Source: Polyangiaceae bacterium (GTDB taxonomy: Bacteria > Myxococcota_A > Polyangia > Polyangiales > Polyangiaceae). Taken from it: DNA of 64,000 nt. The stretch covers positions 1 through 64,000 of the forward strand of contig JAPSGB010000025.1 of the NCBI GenBank assembly GCA_035063585.1, given 5' to 3'. Position numbers and translations under genes: made by a program. The notes under the pieces are model-generated. The model saw nothing but the letters and a program-made list of their open reading frames with translations, did no database searches and was not told the origin of the DNA. Positions 7,310 to 17,210 of this stretch are shown here, piece by piece; position 1 is the stretch's first letter; every line of letters begins with the position of its first letter.

Positions 7310-8857
7310 ATGGCTTCGGCTCCGCTACCGCGTGCGCTCACCTTCGCCGTCGTGCTCGTGGGCCTCGCGGTCGCCCGCCTGTCGGCAGCGGCGCCGACCC
7401 TGCCCGATCTCGTCGTCACCGGGCTCACGCTCAGCCACTCCAAGGTCGCGCCCGACTCCCAGGTCGGGGTGACGCTGACCGTCGCGAACCGCGGTCGCGC
7501 AGCCGCGCCGCCGTTTCGCATCGCAATCTATCAGAGCGACGCCCGGGTCATGCCCGCCCGCGGAAACGTGACGCGAGTCGGCGTGGCCTACGCCGCGCTC
7601 GGGCTCGCTGCCGGAAAGAGCGCGACCTACACGGCCGCGGCGCGCATCCTGCCCTGCGACGACTGCAAGCCGGGGAACCTCTACGCGTACGCGGACGCCT
7701 GGGGTACGGTGCCTGAGAGCGCCGAGGACAACAACTTCCGCTCCTCCCCGATCGAGGTCGACTCGACCTATCGCCCGAACCTCCGCGTCGAGGGCGTGGC
7801 CGTCACTCCCGATCGTGGCGCGAGCGGGCGCGTCATCGAGGTCTCCGCGGTCGTAAGGAACACCGCGCCCACGCTCGCGTACGGTCCCTTCCAGCTCGGC
7901 GTCTACTGCGCCGACGTCACCGAGCCGCGCCGCCCGGTCCGCATGCTCGCCTCGTGGCGACAGGACGCGCTCGCCGGGGGCTCGAGCCTGAACGTCCTCC
8001 GCAAGATCTCGGTCGACCCCACCTGCCCGGTTCGAGGTCAGCAAGCTGCCTTCGGGATCATCGTCGATCCGGGGGATGCGGTCTCCGAGCTCCACGAGCA
8101 CGACAACGCCGACGCGGTCCCGTACTGGGTGCTCGCGGCACCCGACCTCACGCCCGGTCAGATCGCGGTGAGCCAGCGCGAGGGGCCACCCGGCGCCCGC
8201 GTCTTCGTCTCCTACCGGGTGGAGAACCGCGGGAAATCACCGGCCGCGCCGTTCAAGGTCGGCGTGTATCTCTCGAGGGACGCCGAGATCGGTGAAAAGG
8301 ACACGCTCGCCGACGTGTTCGAGGTGGAGGGGCTCGGCGCCGAGACCAACACCGGCACCATCAACCAGGAGGTGCGAATCCCCAAGCTACCGAGCGGGGT
8401 TTTCTGGCTCGGCGTCCTCGTCGACACCGAACACCGGAACGGTGAGCTCCGCAAGTGGAACAACCTCCGCGCCACGCCCTTCGAGGTACGCAGGGTGAAC
8501 TTGACCGACAAGTACTTCATCGTCGACCGGGCGGCGGCGGCCCCGGGGGACGCGCTCGAGATCTCCTTCGGGATGAGGAACACCGGCGCGGACACCGCCG
8601 GCCCCTTCGACGTGAGCTTCTATTACTCGCACGATCCACGCTGGGATCCCGACGATCGCAAGCTCGCCTCGGTGAGCTACGTGAAGCTCGGCAAGGGCAC
8701 CGAGCCGGGAGAGCACAAGCTCCGCGTCCGTATTCCGGAGGACGGCGAGGCGGGCTATCGCTACCTCATCATGGTGAGCGACCACGGTGACCGCGTGGCG
8801 GAGACCGACGAATTCGACAACATCGCGCTCCGCCCCATTCACCTCGAGCGCCGTTGA
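7310..8857 (+). CDS. Secreted CARDB-repeat (Ig-like) protein
   Basis: Signal peptide, then four repeats beginning PDL/PNL with V.N.G...A.PF.V..Y.S and D....V.E..E.NN motifs. Confidence 0.85.
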   Translation: MASAPLPRALTFAVVLVGLAVARLSAAAPTLPDLVVTGLTLSHSKVAPDSQVGVTLTVANRGRAAAPPFRIAIYQSDARVMPARGNVTRVGVAYAALGLAAGKSATYTAAARILPCDDCKPGNLYAYADAWGTVPESAEDNNFRSSPIEVDSTYRPNLRVEGVAVTPDRGASGRVIEVSAVVRNTAPTLAYGPFQLGVYCADVTEPRRPVRMLASWRQDALAGGSSLNVLRKISVDPTCPVRGQQAAFGIIVDPGDAVSELHEHDNADAVPYWVLAAPDLTPGQIAVSQREGPPGARVFVSYRVENRGKSPAAPFKVGVYLSRDAEIGEKDTLADVFEVEGLGAETNTGTINQEVRIPKLPSGVFWLGVLVDTEHRNGELRKWNNLRATPFEVRRVNLTDKYFIVDRAAAAPGDALEISFGMRNTGADTAGPFDVSFYYSHDPRWDPDDRKLASVSYVKLGKGTEPGEHKLRVRIPEDGEAGYRYLIMVSDHGDRVAETDEFDNIALRPIHLERR

Positions 8858-8950
8858 AGCTCGGTCTGCCGTCGCGTCGACCGAGTCGCGTGGCCTCCCC
8901 GCCGCTCGGGCCGCGCGGCTCCCGCGCCGGACCGACACCCGCCCTCGACC

Positions 8951-11737
8951 TCACTTCGTGTCGAAGAGGTCGTCGAAGGCGCGGTCGAACTCGTCATCGT
9001 CTCCTACCGCGCGCGAGGGAGCTGGTGCCGGGGCGCCCGCGGGCTCGAGCGCCGCGATGCGATCCTTGACGTCTCGGAAGCCGGGGTCGCGCCGCGCGAT
9101 CTTGCGGAAGTAGTAGAGCGCTTCATCGCGACTCTCCTTCATCTCGTAGACGACGCCGAGATCGTAATAGAGGCTCATTTCTTGGTCGATCGTCTTCTGA
9201 TCCGCCGCGAGCCCGCGCTTGTAAGCGTCGGCCGCTCGCTCGAGCTCGCCACGCTCGAGGTGGATCATGCCGATCATCGCGAAGCACATGCACTCGCGCG
9301 CCGGGTCACGGCCGGCGAGCTCGAATTCGCCGATGGCGTCGGTGAGGAGCCCCATCTCCTTGTAGGCCACGCCGAGATCGTAGTGAGTCGCCGTGTCCGT
9401 CTCGGACACCTGCGCGCGCACGCCCTCCTTGAACTTGGCGAACACCTGATCGACGTCCACCTCTTGATTCACGTTGGCGAAACCCGCGGCCTCGGGCTCG
9501 AGGGAGCCGACCTCGATGCCATCGAGCGCGTCGAGGGAAGCGGCGATGTCGAACGCGTGATCCGCCTCGGCCGGCGCAGAGTCAGCGCCGAGCTGAGAGC
9601 GCTCGATGGTGCGGCTCGCGCCCGCGTCCGCGGCCGCCGCTTCGATCTCGCGCAGCCGCTCGACGATGAGCGGGTGGTTCGGGGTGCGTGAGAGCTGATC
9701 GACGAGGATGGTCTTGGCGTCGTCGTAGAGGCCACGCGAGGTGAAGAACTCCGCCTCCTCGAGCGCCTCCTCGATGGCTTCCATCGATTCGCTCGAGATG
9801 CTGCTCGGGGGTGCGGGCGCCGCCGCCGATTCCGGCTCGTCGAAGTCGAGGCCGTCCGGCGCATCGAAGGCCGGGAGCGGCTCGACCACGTCCGGCTCGT
9901 CGAAGGTCACCGCCTCGTCGTCGAAGCTGCCGAGCTCGGACGCCGCGGGCTCCGCGTCGTAGCCGACGGGCGGGCCGTAGGCGGCGACCGCGTCGTAGCC
10001 AGCGTGCGGGTCGAGGCCGGCCATCAAATCATCGCCATGGTCGACGCCGAGCGGGAAGCTCGGGAGCGGCGCCTCCACGCCGAACGGGTCGTCGATCTGC
10101 GTGGAGGAGAACGGATCGTCCGCCAGCGACACCGGCGGCGGGTGCTGGCTCGCGAACGCTCGGGATGGCCGGACCTCCTCGAGGTCGTACGAGGGCAGCG
10201 GCTCGTTCGGATCGTACGGCGGCTCGTCGAGCCCCGCGAACGACTGCGACGAGGCCGGCGCGTAGCCTGCGCCAGGCACGATCCCGCCGCCGATCTGCTG
10301 GAGCATCTCGAGCGCGACCGGGTGATCCGGTTCGCGGTCGAGGACGTCGTAGAGCAGCATCTCGGCGCGTTCGGCGTCGCCTTGCTCGAGGTAGATCGCC
10401 GCGAGCGTTATCGACTCGCCGATGGCGCCGTCGTGATCGCCCGCTTCGGCGAGCACCTCGCGGAGCTTCTCGCGAATCTCCACCGAACGGGGATCGATCT
10501 CGAGCGCGACGGAGAGCACCTCGACCGCCTTCGAGTAGAGCTTGAGCTTGCGGTACGCCTCGCAGTCGAGGACCGCCTGCCGCGCGTGCGCGCGCGAGTC
10601 GAACGAGCCCGGGCCCTGGAGCTCCTCGACCGCCTCGACGCCGTCTGCGACCACCACGACGTCCGGGCTGCTCGCCTGCAGGTAGCGCGCGGGTGAGGTC
10701 ACCGCGGGCGCCTGCCACGCAGGCGCGGGCTCGTCGTCGATGATCTCGACCTCGTCGTCTATGACGTGGGCGGAGCTCTCCGGCGCGAGCGAGGCTGGCC
10801 TCGGCGCCGGCTGCTGCCCGGCGCGCATCGAGCGGACGCCCTCGTCGTCTGGAGCAATCGCCCCGAGGTGCTCGAGGAGCTGCGCGTAGAGCTCGGTCTT
10901 GCCCGCTTCGCGGGCCACGCGCGCCATCTCCTTGTAGACCTCGAGCGATTTCGACTCCTGGCCGATCAGGGTGAACGTCTGCGCCAGCAGGCCGAGGGTC
11001 TCGAGGTTGCGGGGGTCCGCCTGGAAGCAGATCTGGAGCTTCGAGAGCGCCTGCAGGCCGTCTTCCCGCGTGCCCCGCTCGAGGTAGAGCTCCGCCGCGC
11101 TCCGCGCGTAGCGTGGGTCCTGACGAAAATGAAGGATGCGCTCGACGACCTTGAGCGCGTCGTCCCGACGCCCGAGCTTCAGGAGCAGCTCGGCTGCCGC
11201 CCAGAAGGACTCCACCGCCGGGTCGAGCTCCTGGACGCGACAGCAGGCCTCCGCCAGGCGAAGATGCGGGAGCGGGTTGGTCGCGTCGAGCGCGACCATC
11301 TTCCTGAACACTTCGATGGCTTCGCGATCCTGACCGGCGCGCTGGAAGCGCGTCGCGACCTCGTCGTAGGCGGACAGCGCGTCGCTGGTCAGGCCGAGCT
11401 GCGTGTAGATCTCCGCGAGCTTCGGGACGATGTGGGCGTAGCGCTCGGCGAGGTTCGGCGCGTGCTTGCGGATGAGCTCGCGGATCTGCTTGTAGACGGC
11501 GATCGCCTTCAGCGCGAAGCCCTGGCTCGCGTAGTACTGGCCGACGCGGTCATACGTCGCGATGGCCTCCGGGTAGGCCTCGATGCGCGCCTGCAGATCG
11601 CCGATTTTCAGCAAGGTCCGCGCGTCATTCGCGTCTTGCTGGACGATCTTCTGATATTCCTCGATTGCCTTGTCGTAGCGCTTCTTGTCTACGAACTTCT
11701 GCGCGGCCTGGAGGATCTTCTCGCGTTCGCTCGCCAC
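8951..11737 (-). CDS. Large TPR protein, SgmX-like (type IV pilus/social motility regulator family)
   Basis: N-terminal TPR block (KRYDKAIEEYQKI...GFALKAIAVYKQI), long acidic/Pro linker, C-terminal TPRs (THYDLGVAYKEMGL); GTG start at 11737 with upstream AAGGAG. Confidence 0.75.
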   Translation of the reverse strand: MASEREKILQAAQKFVDKKRYDKAIEEYQKIVQQDANDARTLLKIGDLQARIEAYPEAIATYDRVGQYYASQGFALKAIAVYKQIRELIRKHAPNLAERYAHIVPKLAEIYTQLGLTSDALSAYDEVATRFQRAGQDREAIEVFRKMVALDATNPLPHLRLAEACCRVQELDPAVESFWAAAELLLKLGRRDDALKVVERILHFRQDPRYARSAAELYLERGTREDGLQALSKLQICFQADPRNLETLGLLAQTFTLIGQESKSLEVYKEMARVAREAGKTELYAQLLEHLGAIAPDDEGVRSMRAGQQPAPRPASLAPESSAHVIDDEVEIIDDEPAPAWQAPAVTSPARYLQASSPDVVVVADGVEAVEELQGPGSFDSRAHARQAVLDCEAYRKLKLYSKAVEVLSVALEIDPRSVEIREKLREVLAEAGDHDGAIGESITLAAIYLEQGDAERAEMLLYDVLDREPDHPVALEMLQQIGGGIVPGAGYAPASSQSFAGLDEPPYDPNEPLPSYDLEEVRPSRAFASQHPPPVSLADDPFSSTQIDDPFGVEAPLPSFPLGVDHGDDLMAGLDPHAGYDAVAAYGPPVGYDAEPAASELGSFDDEAVTFDEPDVVEPLPAFDAPDGLDFDEPESAAAPAPPSSISSESMEAIEEALEEAEFFTSRGLYDDAKTILVDQLSRTPNHPLIVERLREIEAAAADAGASRTIERSQLGADSAPAEADHAFDIAASLDALDGIEVGSLEPEAAGFANVNQEVDVDQVFAKFKEGVRAQVSETDTATHYDLGVAYKEMGLLTDAIGEFELAGRDPARECMCFAMIGMIHLERGELERAADAYKRGLAADQKTIDQEMSLYYDLGVVYEMKESRDEALYYFRKIARRDPGFRDVKDRIAALEPAGAPAPAPSRAVGDDDEFDRAFDDLFDTK

Positions 11738-12018
11738 GTCTGGTCCAGTCTCCTTCGCGAGCGGCGTCGATTCCACCGCGAAGCGCCAAAACATAAGGGA
11801 TAACGGGGGATTTCGTCAAGGAGACGTGGCCGAATGCCGGGGAATTCACCCGGAAATCGCGCGCCTCCGCAGCGCCCGGACGCGCGTTTCCGGCGCGCCG
11901 GGTGGTTCCGCGCCGGCACGACAAAAAGAACGCGGGCTAGCTCGTGCGCCCGCCTCCCGGCGGCGGCGGGCACGAGCGGCGCTTGCTCTCCTCTCGGGGC
12001 GGCTACAGATTCGCCCCG

Positions 12019-13464
12019 ATGAGCCGGAGTGAGAGCTACAGCGCGCCGTTCGCACCCGGCGGGCCCGCGGGGATCGACGCGGACGTGTGTCAAAGACTGC
12101 TCGCGCTCGCGCTCGGGCAGGGAGGTGACTACGCCGATCTCTTCTTCGAGTATCGGGCCGGCGGCGGGCTCTCGTTCGAGGAGGGCTTCACTCGCAGCGC
12201 CTCGCGCGGCGTGGCGATGGGGCTCGGCGTCCGCGTGCAGCGCGGGGACGCGACCGGGTACGCGCACGTGGAGGACCTGACTTGGGAGGCGATGGCGCGC
12301 GCGGCGGAGACGGCCGCGCGCATCGCGAGCGGCGGGAGACCGGTGCCGCCGGTGCGGCTCGAGCCCATGGTGTTGCCGAGTCGCTACGAGCTCGACGTGC
12401 CGTCCATCGACGTGCCCGGGGTCGACAAGCGCGCGCTGCTCGAGCGCGCGAGCCGCGCCGCGCTCGCCTTCGATCCGCGCATCGTCAAGGTCGAGGCGAG
12501 CTTCGCCGAGGAGATCCGCGAGATCTTGGTGGCGACCAGCGACGGCCGCATCGCCTACGACGTGCAGCCCCTGATGCGCTTCGGAGTCCGCGCGATCGCG
12601 GAGCAGAGTGGCCGGCGCGAGTCGGGGCGGAGCGGCGGAGGCGGGCGCATGACGCTCGGCTACTTCGATGCAAGGAGCCCGGAGCACCACGCCGAGATCG
12701 CCGCCCGGCAAGCCCTGGTCCTCCTCGACGCGCGTCGAGCGCCGGCGGGCCAGATGGAAGTCGTGCTCGCGCCCGGAGACAGCGGGATCCTGCTCCACGA
12801 AGCGGTCGGCCACGGCCTCGAGGCGGACTTCAACCGCAAGGGGACCAGCAACTACTCGGGGCGCGTCGGCGAGCCGGTCGCGAGCGAGCTCTGCACGGTG
12901 GTCGACGATCCGACGCTCCTCCAGAGCCGCGGCAGCATCAACGTGGACGACGAGGGGCTCGAGCCGCGACGGAGCGTGCTCATCGAGGGAGGTACGCTCC
13001 GCGGGTACATGCAAGACCGCCTCTCGGCTCGACACTTCAAGGCCTCGCCCACCGGTAATGGGCGTCGCGAGAGCTACGCCGCGGTGCCCATGCCCCGCAT
13101 GACCAACACCGTGCTCCTCGCTGGCCCGCATGACCCGGAGGAGATCGTGCGGAGCGTGAAGCGCGGCATTTTCGCGCAGACCTTCGGCGGCGGGCAGGTG
13201 GACATCTCGAACGGAGATTTCGTCTTCTCGCTCACCGAGAGCTACCTCATCGAAGATGGCCGCATCACCGCGCCGCTCAAGGGCGTGAACCTGATCGGGA
13301 ACGGCCCAGAGACCTTGCGCCACGTCTCCATGCTGGGAAATGACGTGGCGATCTCCGACGGCATCTGGACCTGCGGCAAGGACGGTCAGAGCGTCCCGGT
13401 CGGGGTCGGCTGTCCGACCATCAAGCTCGAGCAAATAACGGTCGGTGGCACCGAGATCGGCTAG
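12019..13464 (+). CDS. tldD: TldD metalloprotease
   Basis: ADLFFEY, HEAVGHGLEADFNRKG zinc motif, PMPRMTNT, CGKDGQSVPVGVG. Confidence 0.93.
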   Translation: MSRSESYSAPFAPGGPAGIDADVCQRLLALALGQGGDYADLFFEYRAGGGLSFEEGFTRSASRGVAMGLGVRVQRGDATGYAHVEDLTWEAMARAAETAARIASGGRPVPPVRLEPMVLPSRYELDVPSIDVPGVDKRALLERASRAALAFDPRIVKVEASFAEEIREILVATSDGRIAYDVQPLMRFGVRAIAEQSGRRESGRSGGGGRMTLGYFDARSPEHHAEIAARQALVLLDARRAPAGQMEVVLAPGDSGILLHEAVGHGLEADFNRKGTSNYSGRVGEPVASELCTVVDDPTLLQSRGSINVDDEGLEPRRSVLIEGGTLRGYMQDRLSARHFKASPTGNGRRESYAAVPMPRMTNTVLLAGPHDPEEIVRSVKRGIFAQTFGGGQVDISNGDFVFSLTESYLIEDGRITAPLKGVNLIGNGPETLRHVSMLGNDVAISDGIWTCGKDGQSVPVGVGCPTIKLEQITVGGTEIG

Positions 13465-14173
13465 CCCGCCCGGGCCTCGCGCTTTCGTCGCCGTCATCGG
13501 TCACGCGCCGGAGCTCGAGCGCGACGAGGGCGCGGCGGCGACGCTCCGCCAGCTCGGCGCGACGGTGAGAACCCTCGATTTGTGGGACGATCCGCTGACG
13601 CTCCTTCACAACCACGAGTCGTCCGGCGCGCGCCCGCGGGCGCTGCTCTTCGAGGCGCTCGACCGGCCGGATCTCGCCGCGGCCGCGCTTCGCGTGGTGC
13701 GTCGCGAGCGCGCCTTCGACGACGTCGGCGCGCTCATCGCGGTCACCGTTGGCCAAGTCGCGCGTGTCGAGCCCTCGACCGGCTTCGATGACTTCGTGCT
13801 CTGCCCGTACCTGCCCGAGGAGCTCTACGCGCGCATCCGCGCGCTCGAGTGGCGGCGCAGCGAGTTCGCCACCGAGGAGCGCCAGAAGGTGGGCGCGCTG
13901 GTGATCGATCGAGCCGGGCGCGAGGTCACCCTCGATGGGCGGCCCGTTCCGCTGACGGCCAAGGAGTACGCGCTCCTCGCGTACCTCGTGGAGCGGCGCG
14001 GCCGGGTGCTCGACCGAGAGCACCTGCTCGCGCACGTGTGGGGCGATCGCTACGATGGCGGCCCGCGCACGGTCGACATCCACGTCCGGCGGCTCCGCGC
14101 CAAGCTCGGCGATGCGCTGCCCATCGAGACGCTCCGCGGCGCGGGCTACAAGCTCCGCGCGCCGTCGGAGTGA
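13445..14173 (+). CDS. OmpR/PhoB-type winged-helix regulator with degenerate receiver domain (GlnR-like architecture)
   Basis: LTAKEYALLAYL...REHLLAHVWG...RTVDIHVRRLRAKLG...IETLRGAGY; the receiver region lacks the canonical Asp residues. Confidence 0.85.
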   Translation: MAPRSASPPGPRAFVAVIGHAPELERDEGAAATLRQLGATVRTLDLWDDPLTLLHNHESSGARPRALLFEALDRPDLAAAALRVVRRERAFDDVGALIAVTVGQVARVEPSTGFDDFVLCPYLPEELYARIRALEWRRSEFATEERQKVGALVIDRAGREVTLDGRPVPLTAKEYALLAYLVERRGRVLDREHLLAHVWGDRYDGGPRTVDIHVRRLRAKLGDALPIETLRGAGYKLRAPSE

Positions 14174-14191
14174 GGCTGGTAGAATGAAGGA

Positions 14192-15175
14192 GTGATCGTC
14201 GTATCCATCGGGTGTCCGAGCGGCGTCGGGCCAGAGGTGAGCGTCGCGGCGGCGGCCAAGCTCCGCGGCGTAACCACGATCTTGGTCGGTGAGGAGCGGA
14301 CCATCCTCGCCGCCGCCGAGCTTCGCGGCGTCTCGAGGCGACGCTTCGCGCGCTTCGACGGGCTCAGGCGCACCGATCGCATCCTCATCCACGATCCGGG
14401 GATCGCGCTCACCGAGCGACAGCGCGCGCCAGGTCGCCCGACCGCGCGCGCCGGCGCGGCGGAGCTCGCCTGGATCGACGCGGGCTTCGAGCTCGCGCGC
14501 GGCGTCCGCGCCGCGCTGGTCACCGGGCCCGTGAGCAAGGCGATCATTGCCCGCTCGGGCGCACCCGGCGGCGCGCGCTTCCGCGGGCACACCGAGCACC
14601 TTCGCGCTCGCGACGGTGCCAGAGAGAGCGTGATGTGCTTCGTCGCGCCGAAGCTCGCGACCAGCCTGGTCACCACGCACCTCCCCCTCGCGCGGGTGCC
14701 GCGCGCGCTCGACGCGCGCGGCGTCGCGAGCGCCACCGTCTGGCTCGCGCGGCTGCTCACCCGGCTCGGCAAATCGTCCCCGCGCCTCGCGGTCGCCTCG
14801 CTGAACCCGCACGCCGGCGAGAGCGAGCTCCTCGGCAAGGAGGAGCATCACGCAATCCTGCCCGGCATCCGCGCCGCGCGCCGCACGCTCGGCCGCCGCG
14901 CGCGGATCGCGGGCCCGGTCGGCGCCGAGACGGCGTATCGCCTCGCCTACGCCGGCATCTACGACGGCGTGGTCGCCATGTACCACGATCAGGCGACCAT
15001 CCCCATGAAGCTCGTGGCCTTCGGAGAGGCGGTCAACGTCACGATGGGCCTCAGCGTGCCGCGTACCAGCGTCGATCACGGCACGGCGTACGACATCGCC
15101 TGGCGAGGCGAGGCCGACCCCCGCGGCATGCTCGAGGCGATGCAGCTCGGCGAGCGGTTGTGCGCGCGCGACTGA
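14192..15175 (+). CDS. pdxA: 4-hydroxythreonine-4-phosphate dehydrogenase
   Basis: GxPSGVGPE, LVTGPVSK, GHTEHL, LNPHAGE, AMYHDQ, RTSVDHGTAYDIA. Confidence 0.93.
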   Translation: MIVVSIGCPSGVGPEVSVAAAAKLRGVTTILVGEERTILAAAELRGVSRRRFARFDGLRRTDRILIHDPGIALTERQRAPGRPTARAGAAELAWIDAGFELARGVRAALVTGPVSKAIIARSGAPGGARFRGHTEHLRARDGARESVMCFVAPKLATSLVTTHLPLARVPRALDARGVASATVWLARLLTRLGKSSPRLAVASLNPHAGESELLGKEEHHAILPGIRAARRTLGRRARIAGPVGAETAYRLAYAGIYDGVVAMYHDQATIPMKLVAFGEAVNVTMGLSVPRTSVDHGTAYDIAWRGEADPRGMLEAMQLGERLCARD

Positions 15176-17064
15176 GCCACCGCCCCGTCGAGCGCGCGCT
15201 CGACCGGCTCGCGGGACTCCTCCCCGCGGCCACCCACGAGGAACGGCTCGCCGCAGTCCTCGCGGCGGCGGTACGCGCGGAGGCTGCGCGGCGCGGGCTC
15301 ACGCCGCGGGGAGGGCGGCTGCTGACGGCCGCCGCTCGCGTCGAGCTGCCCGAGGCGAGCGCGCTCCTCGGCGAAGGTCGCGAGCCACTCGAGGCCATAG
15401 CGCGAGCCTACGAGGGAGGGCTGGTCGGTCCGGCGCGGAAACGGCGCGGCTCGTACTTCACTCCCGCGCCGCTGGCGGACGCCGTCGTCGAGCGCGCGCT
15501 CGGAGGCCGAGCGGCCGCGCGGAGCGACCGCGCGTTTCGCGTGTGTGATCCCGCGCTCGGTGCCGGCGCGTTCCTGCTCGCCGCGGCCCGCTTGCTCGCG
15601 AGCAGTCGGTCGCGCACTCGGGTGCTTCGTGAGTGCTTGTTCGGTGTGGACCGCGAGCCGCTCGCGGTGGCCGTCACCGAAGCGCTGCTCTGGCTCTGGG
15701 CAGCCGACGACAGCCTCACCCTCGACGACGCAGGCGGCAACCTGCGCGTCGGTGACGCGCTCACGGGGGCCCGCTGGCTCGGCGGGCCCGCGCCGCAAGC
15801 GTCGCTCGCGTTCGCGACGCTGCCCGAGCCTGGCGAGGCGGTCGCGCTCGACTGGCGCGGCGAGTTCTCCGGCGTCTTCGCGACGGGCGGCTTCGACGCG
15901 CTGGTCGGCAATCCGCCCTGGGTCGCCTTCGCCGGGCGCGCCGCCGCTCCGCTCGCGCCCGAGCTCCGCGCGCACTTCGTCGCGACCTACGCGGCGATGC
16001 GCGGCTACCCTACGCTGCACGCGCTGTTCGTCGAGCGCGCGACCGAGCTCGCTCCCGGCGGCATCATCGCGCTCCTCCTTCCGAGCCCGCTCGCCGATCT
16101 CGACGGTTACCGCGCGGTGCGCCGCGTGCTGACCACGCGGCACGTCGTGCGCGAGCCGTTGCTCGAGTTTGGCGAGGATGCGTTTCAGGCGGTGGTGCAG
16201 CCGTGCTTCGCGCTCATCGCGGACGCCGCTCGGGATGCGCGCGCCGATGACCGCCCGTGGCGGCTCGCCGAGCGACAGCGGGCCGCCGGCGCCGCCGAGG
16301 AGCTCAGCGTCCCCGAGGTGCTCACCCGCCTCGCCCGCGCTCCCTGCTTTCCGCGTGAGCTGTTTCGCGAGATGGGCTTTCAGACGTCACGGGTCGTGAG
16401 CGAACGGCTGCTTCGCCGAGCGCCCGAGCCCGACGCGGCGCACCGCTACCCGCTCCTCGAGGGGCGAGACGTCCACGAGTTCAAGGAGGGGCCACCGCGG
16501 CTCTTCCTCAGCGAGGCTCACCCGCTCCTCCGCGCGAGCGGATGTCGTCTCCGCCCGCGCGCCGACTACGAGCAGGTCCGCTTCGTCGTGCGCCAGACGG
16601 CGCGGTTCCCGATCGCCGCGCTCCACGGCGGGCTACCGTTTCGCAACACGCTGCTCGCTGGCCTCGCGGTCGACGAGCTCCCCGCCGAGCTGGTGGTCGC
16701 GCTCCTGAACAGCTCGCTCTACCGGGCGCTCCACGTCGCGTTCCGCCGCGACGCGCGGCAAGCAGCGTTCCCTCAGGTCAAGGTGGCTCATCTGCGCGCC
16801 CTCCCTCTGCCCCCGCTCGACCCCGTCCGGCGCGGGCAGCTCGTCGAGCTCAGCCGCCGCGCGACTCGCGCGGGCCTCGACGCCGCCCTGCGCGCCGCGC
16901 TCGACGCCGCGGCGTTCGAGCTCTTCCAGGTGAGCCGGGCGGATCGCGAGGCGGTGCTCGCCTTCCTCTCCGCGCAGGCGCCCGCGGGCGGCTCCGGTCT
17001 GCGGAGCGGCTCGAGGCGAGCCCGTTCGGTGGAGCCGAGGGGGATCGAACCCCTGACCTCATGA
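15160..17064 (+). CDS. Orphan N6-adenine DNA methyltransferase (Eco57I/TaqI-like, motif I before motif IV)
   Basis: GSYFTP, VCDPALGAGAFL (SAM binding), GDAL, GFDALVGNPPW (catalytic), C-terminal LLNS...FPQVK..L..LPLP target-recognition region; start inferred at GTG 15160 overlapping the pdxA end. Confidence 0.85.
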   Translation: MRARLSHRPVERALDRLAGLLPAATHEERLAAVLAAAVRAEAARRGLTPRGGRLLTAAARVELPEASALLGEGREPLEAIARAYEGGLVGPARKRRGSYFTPAPLADAVVERALGGRAAARSDRAFRVCDPALGAGAFLLAAARLLASSRSRTRVLRECLFGVDREPLAVAVTEALLWLWAADDSLTLDDAGGNLRVGDALTGARWLGGPAPQASLAFATLPEPGEAVALDWRGEFSGVFATGGFDALVGNPPWVAFAGRAAAPLAPELRAHFVATYAAMRGYPTLHALFVERATELAPGGIIALLLPSPLADLDGYRAVRRVLTTRHVVREPLLEFGEDAFQAVVQPCFALIADAARDARADDRPWRLAERQRAAGAAEELSVPEVLTRLARAPCFPRELFREMGFQTSRVVSERLLRRAPEPDAAHRYPLLEGRDVHEFKEGPPRLFLSEAHPLLRASGCRLRPRADYEQVRFVVRQTARFPIAALHGGLPFRNTLLAGLAVDELPAELVVALLNSSLYRALHVAFRRDARQAAFPQVKVAHLRALPLPPLDPVRRGQLVELSRRATRAGLDAALRAALDAAAFELFQVSRADREAVLAFLSAQAPAGGSGLRSGSRRARSVEPRGIEPLTS

Positions 17065-17102
17065 CTGCCAGTCATGCGCTCTCCCAGCTGAGCTACGGCC
17101 CC
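17030..17102 (-). tRNA. tRNA-Ala(GGC)
   Basis: GGGGCCGTAGCTCAGCTGGGAGAGCGCATGACTGGCAGTCATGAGGTCAGGGGTTCGATCCCCCTCGGCTCCA; anticodon GGC; CCA not encoded. Confidence 0.97.
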
Positions 17103-17210
17103 GAAGCTGTCGGGGATGGGGCCCCGACGAGGGACGCGGAGACTTGCACATCGCCCGCCACTTGGCGAGGGGGGCGTCGGTTTTTTGTTCGCGCTTCGGC
17201 CCCTCCGAGC

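Noticed and set aside
14635..15159. N-terminal 175 codons of the 809-aa ORF
   Set aside because: Overlaps pdxA in another frame; methyltransferase-like sequence begins only after about 15160.
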